Assembly (NCBI GenBank): GCA_040830765.1
Contig: JBFOMH010000007.1
Location: forward strand, 4,563 to 68,562
Length of the DNA stretch: 64,000 bases
Direction of reading: 5' to 3'
Source: Puniceicoccaceae bacterium
Lineage (GTDB): Bacteria; Verrucomicrobiota; Verrucomicrobiia; Opitutales; Oceanipulchritudinaceae
Below the pieces are notes generated by a model. It ran no database searches. It saw only the letters and a list, made by a program, of their open reading frames with translations, and had not been told where the DNA came from. The first letter of the stretch is position 1, and the number at the start of each line of letters is the position of its first letter. Shown piece by piece: positions 1-12,600 of the stretch. The position numbers were made by a program, and so were the translations under genes.

Positions 1-3000
1 CGCGTCCCCGTGTCGTCATAGGTTTCCTTGAACACCCAATTGAAATTATTCGACATGGAGAACCGGACAACGCGGTCATCGACGGTATCCGCATTGGTAT
101 CAATGGCAACGACCGTCTGCACTGCCCCGTCTCCACCATGAATCTGGGTCCAGCCGGAGACCCGTTCATTGTAGTCATCGATTCCGTTCATTCCATCGTC
201 ATCGACTCCGTTGCTGGCGGTCAGGCTTTGAACAGAAGAACCATTGTCCTGTGTGCCGACCAAAATGACCTTGTTGACAGGATCGTAGTCAACCGAACTT
301 GACTCGGTAACGCGAAGGTCGCCAACAATGGAAGTCCATTCGCGGGTCGGGCCCGGTAGGTTGAGCGGATTGGTCAAGCGGTAGATCCCACCGTCATCGG
401 CTTCGAGAAGGTTCCCGGCTGTATCAAAAGTAATGAATCGGGAATCGGCATGAGGCGTCGTATTATTGACAGTGCTGCCGACGATTTGCTCCCAGGCACT
501 CCCGGTGTAGCGGAAGACCCGGCCACCGCCACCTGACAATCCAACTGAGTTATTGGTCCGGCTGGGCTGACGATCCCCACCGACATAGATGACGCTCGAA
601 TTGTTTGGATCAACGGCAAGGGAGAAGTGCAGGTCACCTTGCCCGCCAGGATGGAGTCCGGTCTCGGTCGCTGGACTGCCATCGGTGGAAGTCGGTATGT
701 CGATTTCAAACCAGTTACTGCCGAAATCAGTCGACTTGAAGATATCATTCAGTCCGGTCCCGTTCTGACCATGGGTGTTGGGACCGACGATGCCGACATA
801 GACCGTACCGTCAGCGGCAGAGACAGCTAGCTTCATGCGCTTCTTGTCTTCGAAGTAGTTATCGATCCCATCCCCGTCAGAATCCGATCCGGATGCGATG
901 TTAACCGAATCCGGAGCCCCGCTGCTGGTGTTGATGGGAGACCAGGAGGTGCCTCCGTCATCAGACATAAAGACGCCCTGCTCGGGATTGACTGCGTAAA
1001 GCCGTACCGGTCGCACCGGAGCTGAGGTGCTTCCCGGATCAATTGCCAGGTCCGTGTAGTGCCCTGCCGGGAGACCGATGCCGGCTGAACCGGAAATCTT
1101 GGTCAAGGTATAGCTGGTCAGGGTCGTAGTCGCTGCCAGGTTGTCGATTTCAATTTCCAGCCGGAAAACGCCACCACGGTCATCAACGACATCATTATTG
1201 TCCTGGTCGAGATCCAGTGTGGAGATGAAAATGACCTGTTTGCCGGCGTTGGTCAGTTTCGTGGTCAGGACTCGGGTAATCTTCAGATTGAGGAGCTCCG
1301 TCCGCCCCAGTTCCATCCACGAGTCACCCCCGTCTGTTGTCAGGAGCAATCCCCGGGGGGGCGTTCCGGTGTAGGATGAACTGGTGCGGCCCGTTCCCGC
1401 GATCAGGACAAGCTCATCGTTGGATGTCATTGCCGTGACTTCGGCACCCGTGCTGTCCAGGGGACTCAATGAGAGGGTGCTGATTCCGAGGCTGCTGAAA
1501 TCGTCAGTCAGGTTTTCCCAATTTGTGCCATCTCCGCGCCAGACACCGCCCCCGACGGTTCCCACATAAATGAGGTTCGCATCGAACGGATGCTGGGCAA
1601 TGGCGTTGATGGCTCCCACCACCGGGCTGTAGAGGCTGGTGCTGCTAACCCCGGCAGGACCTTCTTCAGTCCAGGTCGGTATTCCGTCCTGGAGGAAGGG
1701 GAAACCGTTTTTCACATAATAGGCACTCCCTGTGAAGGCAGAGAAGTCAGCCGTTGTCGTGCTTTCTCCCCCGATAAATTCAATCCGACCGATATTGGTG
1801 ATGTCGATGGATAGGGTACCGACGGTCACCAGTGAATCGGTTGCCGTGATATCGGCGTTACGGACAATCCGAAAAGTGTTGTTCCCGGTACCGCCATCTA
1901 CGGTCCCCGAAACTTCTGCATCAACATTGAAATTGAAGAAGTCATTGGCGAGGCCTCCCGTCAGGTTTTCAATTTCCGTGAAAGAGAGATCAACATAGCC
2001 ATCAATTTTCAGGACTCCGGTGCCCTCTTCGGTCATCACCCATTCGGCGTCGGCAGGAATGGCTAATTCAAGTTCGTCGCCGGAACTCGGTACTGAGGAG
2101 AAAATGGAAGTGATGTCATTGTAGGTAATGTCATCCGCCGGATCATCCGCACCGGTCACGGTAACATCCGGGATGTTATTGCCGTTTGCATTGATGACGA
2201 GGAAGGTCAGGGGTCCCGTGTCGAGAATACCGTCAAGGATTCCAGCCACCGCTGCGCTGAGGTTTGCTGTAACAGGGTCGGAGGAGGTGGCATTGATGTT
2301 TCCACTCAGGAAGTGGCGGACGCCCGCTGTCAGGGTTTCCTCCATCACCGCAAGACCAGAATCATGCCCGAGACCAAGTAGGTGACCTACCTCATGCACG
2401 GTGGCCGTGAGGAGGTCCATCTTCCCGTAGGCGTCACTTGAGGTATCGGCCATCCGGTACCCGTCAAGGTTAAGGATTCCGAACTCGGAGGACTCGCCCG
2501 GGGTGGTGTCAACAAACCAGCCATGACCGGCGGCCGTCGGGTCGATAAGGACCATCCCGTCCCGGGCTTCCCCGAGGATGCCGTCCGGGAGATCGGTGAC
2601 GGTTGCGGTAAGGTTGTCGAGGACATCCGTCAGGCCGTTCGCAGCTGCGTAGGCCGACCAGGCCGAGATGGCTGCCGGGAGGATGCTGTCGAGGTCTTGC
2701 TGGGTCAGTGGTTCAACCTCTGCACCCGCATCGGCCGGACCACTGGCATAAAGAAAATCGCCTGCCCCAAAATGGGTCTCAGGCGACTCGAATAGTGAGA
2801 AATTGGCGTAATCCGGTGTGGACACGTTGAAGCCGGAACCGATGCTAAATTCGGACCCGGAAATGATGAATTCGGCTGTATCCCGCTGTTCAAGCAGGTC
2901 ACCGCCCATCGGGGGTCCGTTTGCGGCATGCAGGGTGGTTACTAATTCCTGCGAAAGTGGGTCGTAACGGTCGACCAGTGCAGTGACCTGAAGGAGGCCT

Positions 3001-3365
3001 GCTGAGCTGTCAATTGACGGCCCGTGGAGACTGTAAATAAGCGAAAATTCCTGTGCGGAAACGGCTGTTTCCTCGTTCCCCTCGACCTCAATTCCAGAAC
3101 TGGTGACGGCCTCCATGGGGTCGGCTTCGGCCACCGATTCCTGTCCCTGGAGGGCGGAATCCTCAACCCCGAAAAGGCCATCTTCGGCCACTTCTGCGGC
3201 CGCCGGGGAGGCGTCCATCTCGACAAAAATAGCATCATTTTCCTGGTGCTGATGGAGGAGAGCCTCGGCTGCTTTGGCACCAACAATACCGTCGCCAGAG
3301 AGAAGGAGACGGGGCTCCAGACTCTCCAGTTCAAACTGGTTTTTACGTGGTGGGTGCGAGCTCAA
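1..3365 (-). CDS. Giant LEPRxLL-leader secreted protein with metzincin (matrixin-like) domain and Asp-box/BNR beta-propeller; partial, runs off left edge (>1120 aa)
   Basis: Not in the ORF track because it has no stop inside the window. Hand translation from TTG at 3365 (in-frame TAA upstream at 3387-3389) gives LSSHPPRKNQFELESLEPRLLLSGDG. It contains GHGWFVDTTP...MDLLTATVHEVGHLLGLGH...VME (HExxHxxGxxH at 2364-2396) and Asp boxes TTDGGDSW and SDDGGTSW (942-965). Nearly all lines were checked and showed no in-frame stop. Confidence 0.9.
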   Translation of the reverse strand, partial: MSSHPPRKNQFELESLEPRLLLSGDGIVGAKAAEALLHQHQENDAIFVEMDASPAAAEVAEDGLFGVEDSALQGQESVAEADPMEAVTSSGIEVEGNEETAVSAQEFSLIYSLHGPSIDSSAGLLQVTALVDRYDPLSQELVTTLHAANGPPMGGDLLEQRDTAEFIISGSEFSIGSGFNVSTPDYANFSLFESPETHFGAGDFLYASGPADAGAEVEPLTQQDLDSILPAAISAWSAYAAANGLTDVLDNLTATVTDLPDGILGEARDGMVLIDPTAAGHGWFVDTTPGESSEFGILNLDGYRMADTSSDAYGKMDLLTATVHEVGHLLGLGHDSGLAVMEETLTAGVRHFLSGNINATSSDPVTANLSAAVAGILDGILDTGPLTFLVINANGNNIPDVTVTGADDPADDITYNDITSIFSSVPSSGDELELAIPADAEWVMTEEGTGVLKIDGYVDLSFTEIENLTGGLANDFFNFNVDAEVSGTVDGGTGNNTFRIVRNADITATDSLVTVGTLSIDITNIGRIEFIGGESTTTADFSAFTGSAYYVKNGFPFLQDGIPTWTEEGPAGVSSTSLYSPVVGAINAIAQHPFDANLIYVGTVGGGVWRGDGTNWENLTDDFSSLGISTLSLSPLDSTGAEVTAMTSNDELVLIAGTGRTSSSYTGTPPRGLLLTTDGGDSWMELGRTELLNLKITRVLTTKLTNAGKQVIFISTLDLDQDNNDVVDDRGGVFRLEIEIDNLAATTTLTSYTLTKISGSAGIGLPAGHYTDLAIDPGSTSAPVRPVRLYAVNPEQGVFMSDDGGTSWSPINTSSGAPDSVNIASGSDSDGDGIDNYFEDKKRMKLAVSAADGTVYVGIVGPNTHGQNGTGLNDIFKSTDFGSNWFEIDIPTSTDGSPATETGLHPGGQGDLHFSLAVDPNNSSVIYVGGDRQPSRTNNSVGLSGGGGRVFRYTGSAWEQIVGSTVNNTTPHADSRFITFDTAGNLLEADDGGIYRLTNPLNLPGPTREWTSIVGDLRVTESSSVDYDPVNKVILVGTQDNGSSVQSLTASNGVDDDGMNGIDDYNERVSGWTQIHGGDGAVQTVVAIDTNADTVDDRVVRFSMSNNFNWVFKETYDDTGT

Positions 3366-3660
3366 GAGAGGGGAAATGCAGCGAGATTAGTAGCTGGTAT
3401 AACCTACCGGCCTACTAGGGGTATCCCCTATTTTCGATATGAGGTCAATCCAATAGGAAATGCCACCCAATCAATTAGAGAATCTCCTACCATGTAGCGC
3501 CAGCAGAAGTATACCTAATGGATATTCTTCCGTTTTCGTGAAGATCAGACTTCCAGTTTTCACAAATAAGAACAAATTTTATGTAAATATAAATCGTTTC
3601 AAACGAATGGAATCCGGAATTCCAGACCCTGGAATGAACCGGGAAAGCCCTATTGAAATG

Positions 3661-6600
3661 CTAGTATAGGGAGTACAGATTATCCGCATCGACTGTGTCC
3701 GAAACCGGATTCAGGGGCTTGAACTCCACGAGCGACATTACGGAATAATCACGGTTGATGAAGTTCAGCGGAGGGGCAAATGAAGTGACGGCTGAGGACA
3801 GTTGCGGGGGCCAGAAATTCCCTACCACAACAGGCTGTGGATCGGTGGTCTGGAGCTCAACGGTGTGGGCGGAAATGGTGTAGAATTCAGCGGGATGATG
3901 GATCGCGGGCTGGACATTGGAATCGCTGGAATGGGATTCCGAATCCGGCGCTACGAGATCATCTAGAACCGTAACAGGTTGTGAAACACTTTCATCGATA
4001 GGTGCGGGGGATGCCTCGGAGGCGTAGGCAAAATCATCCGTCTGGAAGGTCACTTCATCAAAGGCGACCTGGCCATGATTGGCAAGAATACCGAAGCTGC
4101 CATCCGTCACCAGCGCATTAAAGGCATGGCCCAGAATGAGCTGTTCATTCCACATCACACTGACCGTACTGCCCTTCAAAGTGACCTCAATATCCTGGGC
4201 ACCCTTTCGCAAATCCCGATCGGCAAAGGCGGCATCAACGAAGAATCCCTTGGCGGTACGGTGGCCGATCAGCACCTCACCGGAATCCGAGGAGACAACT
4301 ACGAACTTGTAGTCCTCCAGCCCGTATTGGTCGAAGACAAACCCACCCTCACCGTTGGCCGTTAAGGTTGCTGCCAGACGGATCAGGGAAGCCGGGGAGA
4401 CGTCCAGCTGGATAAGGTCGATGGCGGCAACGTCGCCACCGAGGGAGGCTGTCACGAAGCCGTTTTCGGTCACCCATGAACCACTAATTGGTTCAGCAAA
4501 CAATCCGGATGAAACCGCCTCGAAGGTTTCCGTGAGGGTGAAGGTAACAGGCGGCCGGAGGCGCTGGACAATGACATTATCAATCATCGCCTTGGAGTTG
4601 TTGGCACCCAGACCGACCATGCCGTCCTTCAGCCCATGCGCGATCCCAAAGGCATCAATACGGAGTTCAAAGACATGGGAAAGGGAAACCTTGTTATCCA
4701 CGGTGAGGGTTACGGTGGACCCGTTGAGCGCAAGGAAGACATTATAATTAGTTCCGGCCTTGAGGGAACCGGGATAGACCGCCTGGACATCGACAATCCA
4801 TTCAGTTTCCGTACGATGGCCTATTTCCAGCTTGCTGTTGGAGACGTTGATACCGGCAAACTTGAAATCTGTATCACTTTGATAATCAAAGACAATGTAG
4901 GCGTTGCTCTTGTAGCCCTTGATGGGCTTCACCGGGTTGAGCGAGGCCAGCATTTCAAAGTAGTTGGGGATGTATTCATCCACATGATAGACGCTCAAGG
5001 CATCCCCTCCCCTGAATTCAGGCTCGACCAGATAGGCGCCTTTCTCGACAGACCAGACTCCACTGTCGGCAAAGAATCCGTCGGATGAACCATCATTGAA
5101 TCCGGCTGAGCGGAGGACGTCGCGCGGCCCGCCGGGGATATTGCCAGCCTGCGGATCCGCCGGGGCCCCTGTCTGGTCCTGCCAGGCAAAGTCCTTTTGC
5201 AGGACCATTCCCAGCTCACCATGAGGCTCGCCGTTGCGGGACGGATTAGGATTATTTTTGGTCGGCTCAGGAATAATAGCTCCAATGGCATCGACATAGC
5301 GGGTCGGATCGGCTCCATCAGCGGCAGACAAGGCATAGAGGAATTCCGGCAGGAAGGGCTGCAGGGTGCGGCTGACGGAGGCCTGACCAAACGGTGCATA
5401 GGGCACGAGATAGCTGTTGTACTCCCCTACCCAGTCGATGAGGCGGTCTCCGCCGGTATTGCCAATGAGGACATCACGCCCGGCCCCGCCATAGGCACGG
5501 TCCTCGTAGGTGGGATGGGTATCCGGTACCGTATTCACCTTGGTGCCGTCATCATTGATATCGTGCTTGTCATCGGCGTTCAAGAGGTCATTGCCCCAAC
5601 CGCCGTAGATGTTGTCACGACCGGTTCCACCGACAATCCAGTCGTTTCCGTTATCCCCGAAGATGGCGTCCTTGCCGTCGTCATAGACCTGCGGATAGGA
5701 CTCGACCTGCTGGCCGGTGGGCTTTGGTACTTCACCTGCCGGCCGGGTCACGCCAAGGGAGGCAGCGGACTCATCAAAGTTGAGGAGGAACTCGACTCCG
5801 CCCCCGTCGTCGAGCTTGTAAAGCTCACCAGTCGCCGGATCGAGGAGTATCTTGCGACGTGGATCGTATTCATCATAGAGGAAGAACTCGCCGGCCCGGA
5901 AGCGGTTGTTCAAGTGCTGCCCATCCTGGTCAACGGGATTGAAAGCAAGGACGTTGCCGGCCTCCAGCACAGCCAGGCTAACCGTATCACCCGGATTGAT
6001 GGGATTCGGCAGCTGGAATACGTTGTAGCCGAGGTTCAGGACGCCGTCGGGGTTTCCATCAAGATCAAAGGTCGGAACATAGGCATCCGGAAGGGCCCCG
6101 GCACCGGACATGGCATCGTCGCCCGAACCACCGTGCAGGAAGTCACTGCCAAGGCCACCGAAGATGATGTCGTCAGCGTAAGGAGTATTGGTATCGTCGT
6201 CGTGGAATTCGTCGTCCATGGCCATCCAGCCGTATTCATAGCTAAACGGAACAAGGTCAGCGGTCTTCTTGAGCGCGCCTTCAAGATGAATTCTGGCAAT
6301 CTGGATTTCACCCGGTGTGTAAATCAATTCTCCAAGCGCATCACCGTTGGAGTAGCGCGGGCTGGCATCCCTGTCGAGCAGGCCCGCGATCCCGTAAAGC
6401 GGTTCACCTTCGACACTGTTGCGGCTGGTCAGGAGGAGCCCATCGTCGCCAACAACTCCATCCTGTCCAGTGCCCCCGGCGATCCAATCGTTACCGTAGC
6501 CACCGACAATGTCATCGTCCTGTCCTTCACCATAGATGGCATCGCTGCCAGTCATTCCAAAGATATAGTCATCGCCAGCTTCACCATGGATGATGTCGGC

Positions 6601-9600
6601 AAGGCCGTTGTCAGCCACACCGTCAATAATAGCTGCACCAGATGGCGTGTAATCCTGACCAAGGGTAGCGTAGTCGGCACCCCCAAGGGTGTAATCCAAC
6701 TGTTCCATAGCACGCGGGATGATGCGGATTTCGCCACGGTCCTCGCTGCCTTCATCGGTTGTGAAGCTTTCGTCGTAATTATAAGTGCGGAATACATCGG
6801 GTGCCTGCGGGTCCGCGTTGGTTTCAACGATCCGGTAGACGTTGGCATTATCGCCCATGATGAAGTCGGCATCATTGGCGTGCCCGGTCGGATCGGTCAG
6901 GATGACCTGTTCATCGTAGGTGGTCGCGATATCGTCATACCATGTCGCGTCACCGATATCGTTGTAATCGATGTCAACGCCTGCGCCGCCAAAGATGATG
7001 TCGGATCCATCAGGACGCATTTGCTCCGCCGTCAGGGTGAGCAAGGCGGCATTGACGCTATCGAGGCCGAAGAGGGCCGAACTGCCGCCAATCATGTCAT
7101 CCTGGCCAAGGCCGCCGTACATGAGGTCGTTCCCTCCATTGCCTTCCATGTAGTCGTCACCATCGGTCACCGCCTCGGGAATGTTGAAGTAAAGGGTCTC
7201 ATCGGTGTCGGGAGTCTTGGTCGTGTCATCGACGACTTCCAGCTCGTGGCTGACGAACGGATCCCCTTCCTCATCGACTCCCACGTTCTGTATCGACTCA
7301 ATCGCTCCGTCGCCCTGCATCAGGTCATCTCCGAGCTGTCCGTACATGATGTCGGCGCCCGGACCACCCGCCATGACGTCCTGACCATAGCGGCCGTTGG
7401 CGATTGCCTCGATGCCGTCATCGTGGTCGACCAGTTGGACATCCCGGCCGGTGGACTGGTCTGGATCCAGCTGCTTGTCGCTGGTGATATTGGTTGTAAT
7501 GGTATCCGGCCCGGTGGTGTAGAGCTGGTCACCAGTCAGGTCACGGAAGCGCGGGTTGGCGACATCTCCCCGGCGCCAGATAATGGTGTTGTCACCGGCC
7601 ATGCTGTCATTGCCGGTTCCGCCATCCATGAGGTCATTCATCTTCAAGTCGCCATTGGAAGGATTCAGGCTCACGGTCACTTCAGGGATACCAGCGTTGG
7701 TTTCGCCCAATTCATCGTAGCCGCCGCCAATTCCCTGATCGCCGGATACATTGTGGCCGCCGGTCATATCATCGTCATCACTACCTCCCCACATCCGGTC
7801 GTCTCCCTGTTGGCCGAGCATGATGTCATCCCCTTCTTCACCATGCATCACATCCCCTTCGCCTGCGTCGGCTTCTGCCGTATGAATGGCGAAGTAATTG
7901 CGGGCGTGGAAGACGTGGCCATCAACGAGTGCGGGAACGAGTGCGGTGTCGGCGGGATCTTCGTACCAGCGGGCATACTGTGGATAGAGCCGGCCGTGGT
8001 CCCCGAACATGACGTCATTGTTCAGGGTCGCCACCGCAAAGAAGTCCACTTCGTCGGCGTCGTCTCCGTAAATGGTATCGAGGTCGGTTCCGCCAAAGAT
8101 TAAGTCGCTTCCCTCATCGCCATAAATCCAATCGCGCCCGCCATTTCTGGGCTGCTCGGTGGTAACGAGATCCAAGGTGGTCAGGTCGGTGTCTGCCTCT
8201 GCTGGATCAAACTTGGCAAACAACTCTGGATTATTGGCATCAATATCGATCCCGTAGATTTCATCGAGGCGCCCGGTTGAGAGCCATTCCCAGGAGCCGT
8301 TGTCCCCGAGGATGATGTCGTCGCCGTCATCAGCGGTAGTGGAGGCTGTTGGTGATGCTCGGTCACCATAGAGATAATCCCCTTCAACCCCGCCGGCAAT
8401 GATGTCGCCACCGGCATTGCCGGAAATCGTATCGACGCCACCCGTATCGAGCGGATCATCGTCATCCTCGTCCGTGGTGACGATGGTCTTTACGGCCGCA
8501 TCAAGGACCACTTTCAGGTCACCTCCGGAGGCGCTACCGACAGCAACCAGGAAGATGTCCGCATTGTCACCGATGAGGATATCGTCCATATCGGCCGAAG
8601 CAGCCGAGGCGTCATCGTCATCCCCGTAAATCGTGTCATCCCCCGTTCCACCGATGGCGACATCCTCGCCCTTGTTGCCAGACATATCATCCGTGCCGCC
8701 CAAGCCATCCTCGAAGGATTGAATCAGGTCGAGGGTGGTCCGGTCCGTATCCGCTGCATAGGTGAAGTCCAAAAGGCCGTTGTCGCCGAGCATGATGTCA
8801 TCGGCATCATCGGCAATTGTGGTGGAATCCGGTACCACCCGATCCCCGTACATGAAGTCGGTTCCGCCATTGTTGACCCCACCCAGCATTATGTCCGCCT
8901 TGGCGTTGCCGGACATGGTGTCCGGACCACCGATTGCTTCGACCTCTGACAGCTCATCAAAGTCGGGATCGCCCTCGTCGATGTCGTCGATTGTGGCGAT
9001 CAGGTCAACGGTCGTGGGATACTCGGAAGCCGCCACCTGGACATAAAGGCGTCCAAAATTGGTGATATCGTTGAGATAGGCGTCGGGGCTGTCGAAATCA
9101 TAGGAGGGATCGTTGATGAGTTCGACCTTCCCGTTGTCACCCAGCATGATGTCCTCGCCATCGAGCGATCCGTGCGAGGCCGTAGCATCATCCCCATACA
9201 TGAGGTCCCCGGCTGTTCCGCCAATGAGGACGTCATCTCCCTGGTCCCCGGAAATCCAGTCTTCCCCACCGAGCCCGTCACGATAAGAGCGGATGAGATC
9301 AATCGTGTTCAGGTCGGGGATACCGGCACCAAGAGCCTCATCCAGCGAGAAGTCGATTTCCCCGTTATCACCAAGGATGATGTCCTGGCCGTCGCTGCCG
9401 AAGAGGACATCGACGCTGCCATTGACGCCACCAAAGATGACATCGTTGTCGAGCTCGCCCTCTACATACTCGTGACCGCCGGTTACATCGTCTTCATCTG
9501 TGGTCCGGACCATTTCAAGGTGGCCGAAATTCGGCTCGTGAGTATCATCGGCGAAGAGCAATTCGCCGTTATCGCCAACAATGATATCGTTGTCACTGGC

Positions 9601-12600
9601 CTCTGGGTCCGTGGGACCGCGGAAGGCACCAAGAGCATCCTCGAAGTTTGGTTCGGTAATATCAACAACCTTGCCATGGCCACCGAAGAGGTAATCGCTG
9701 CCACGTCCGCCCAGGATATAGTCCTGTCCGTTGTCCCCATAAATGATGTCATCAAAGGGATGGCCATCGACATTGGCATCCACATCAACAGCCCCGATGA
9801 TGGTCTCGATGGACCGGAAGCGGCGCTCGTTGAAGGTAACCTTGCCGCCGTCCCCGATTATAACGTCCTCACTGATCGGCGTTACGTCCTCGGGAGCTGG
9901 TGTGTTGGCTACCGGGAGTCGCGGATCAACATCGCCGCCAAACAAGTCGTTGCCCCCGCCACCGAGCATGATGTCGTCGCCAGCATCGCCGGAGAGGATG
10001 TCGTCGCCGTCGCCATTGACCACATCGGTAATAATCAGGTCGAGGGTGCGAATGTCCTGGTCATGGAATTGTCCAACCAAAAGAGCGGCATTGCCGATTC
10101 CGATGGATACGACCGTCGGATCCAAGTCGGTGGCAAGCTTGGCAATCAATCCATCATCCCCGAACATGATATCATTGCTGCTCCCGCCGACCACGAGGTC
10201 GTCATCAACACCACCAAACAGGAGGTCAGGTTCGGTCTGCCCGAAGACCTGGTCGTCACCGGCATCGCCGAACATGACATCGGCACCGGTATCGCCCTTC
10301 ATGACGTCATTGTCGCCATCCCCGTGCATGAAGTCGTTGCCGGAACCACCCGCCATGACATCGTCACCGTCGTTGCCGTAGAGAACATCGGCCTGGTCGC
10401 CGCCATAAATTGAATCGTTATTGGCCCCGCCGCTGATTTTGTCGAATCCCTTGCCGCCAAGGAGGATGTCGTCGCCGCCATTCCCCTCGATGGTATCATC
10501 GCCAGTACCCCCGAGGACAAGGTCGTTACCTCCATCCCCATGAATCTCGTCATTGCCACCCAGACCCAGGTTGGCTGCGCGAATCCTGTCCAGGACAGCA
10601 TCCTCAACGGCGTCAATTCCAGCGCTGATAATGGCCGGTTCAACGTAGCTGCTGATGGGGACAGGCACATAGGCGGCAGGAAGCAAGCCGGCGACATCCA
10701 CATGTTCGCCACTCATCGTGTAGGCGAAGCGTCCACCATCCCCGAGGATGAGATCGATACCATCGCCACCGCGCAGGATATCACTTCCACCGGCACCGAT
10801 GACGACGTCATCCCCTTTGCCGCCGTCCATATTATCGGCCCCGTCCGTTTCCTGGATACGGCTACTGATATAGGTGGTCGCAAAGCGCCCGTCGTCACCA
10901 AAGAGGATGTCGTATCCGCCATTGCCCCAGACCGTGTCGTTCCCTTCGTTGCCATAGATTACATCGTTAGCGGGACCGCCCTTCAGGGTGTCGTTGCCGA
11001 GACCACCGATGATGATGAAGCCTTCGGTGTCACTTGAAGCTGTCGTTCCATCAAAGACAATGGTGTCGTCGCCCACCCCACCAAACACATAACCGGTGAT
11101 CTGGCTTCCGCCGTCACTGGTATCGGCGTCGAAATTCTTGAAAGTGATGGTGTCGTTGCCTTCCCCTCCGTAGGCGATGATTTCATGGACTCCCTCATAT
11201 TCCTGTCCGGAGGTAACGCCCAGGTTGGAAGAGGAGACTTTGACTTTCCCGTCACTCACATAGGTCACTGTGAAGTCCTCATTCCCATCGGAAGTATCAC
11301 CATTGAGGCGGTCCTGGGCATTCGGTCCCATATTGAGGTAGAGCACACCGCCCTCTTCGGTTCCCAGGCGGGGCAAGCGTTCAAAATCAACCCCAAAGTC
11401 AAGAAGCGTGATCTCCGGAGTGATCGGGAATTCCTCCTCAATGCCAAGTAACGAGACCTCAAGGAAGGCAAAGAGTTCAAACGTCAGCTTACCGCCAACG
11501 TCGAAGGCGCCCAGGAGGCCATCCATCTCGATATTTCCGTAAATCTCACTGATGTGAACATGGCCGTCCGCCACCGAATCATTCCAATCAAAGGTAATGA
11601 GCGCATTAACGCCACCACCGACACCGCCACGGGCGATGATCAGGTTCAGTTCCGCTGCTCCCACGAGGCCAAACTGGAAGATGATTTCCGGATCATCCGA
11701 CGTGTCCGTTTCACCGTCGCTGAAGAAGAAGCCGTCGAGAATCAACGCCCCGTTACGGAAATCCGTCTGCGCCCAGCGCCGGATTCCATAGGTGTCGAAT
11801 CCCACGGAATGCAAATCAAGGGTGAAGCTGAAATTGATCTCAATCGACACGGCCAGCGGTCCCCACACGGGGAAGACCTGAAGGTATTCAAAGCCCACGC
11901 TGAGCGGCGGGAGTTCGTATTCGACAATCGTGGCATCCTGGTTGACGAACATCTTTATTATTTCGAGGGCACCGAGGCTGGGATCAAAGATCGGCATCGT
12001 CAGGCCATCGACCAGATTGCCCGTTCCCAGGTCGGTCAGGAAGGAGGAACCGGAGATGAGGGTACTGAATTGGGAGTCGATATTCAGCCCGGGAGTGGTC
12101 AACAGGAGTGCCTCCGCGCCAAGTGGATCCCCGGTGAGCGGATCGGGATTGAAGTAATTGCTCCCGGGTGTGCCAATATCAAACAGGGTCAGATCCCCGA
12201 GGATAAGCGTCGGGAGGCTGCCGAGTTGCCCGATTTCTCCAATCAGCTTAAGGATATCGGCAACGGCCTCGATAAAGCGCGTATCGACATCGTCACTCAA
12301 CAGGCCCGCCAGGTCAATCAGGGTAAAGGGCTCGCCCGCAAGGTCGGAAAGGATGGGAATCTCGGCCGTCAGGATATCGATCACCGGCATGAAAGGTTCA
12401 ATAAACTCGGCTATCTTCTGCAGAGGCTGGCCCAGAGCTTCCTGAACCGCGTAGAGGGCGTCGAACTCCATGCCATCGAGCTTGATCAACTGGATACCTG
12501 GTGTGACGGCATCACCCTCCAGGTCGTCGACATCGGTTGTCGGCAAGGCCCAGTCGAAGATGAAGTCACTTGTCATGACCGGTAGAATCGAAACCGTCTT

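Noticed and set aside
3415-3429. Short palindrome TAGGGG-TAT-CCCCTA upstream of the left giant gene
   Set aside because: A 6-bp stem is expected by chance, and it is not shared with the other giant gene's upstream region.
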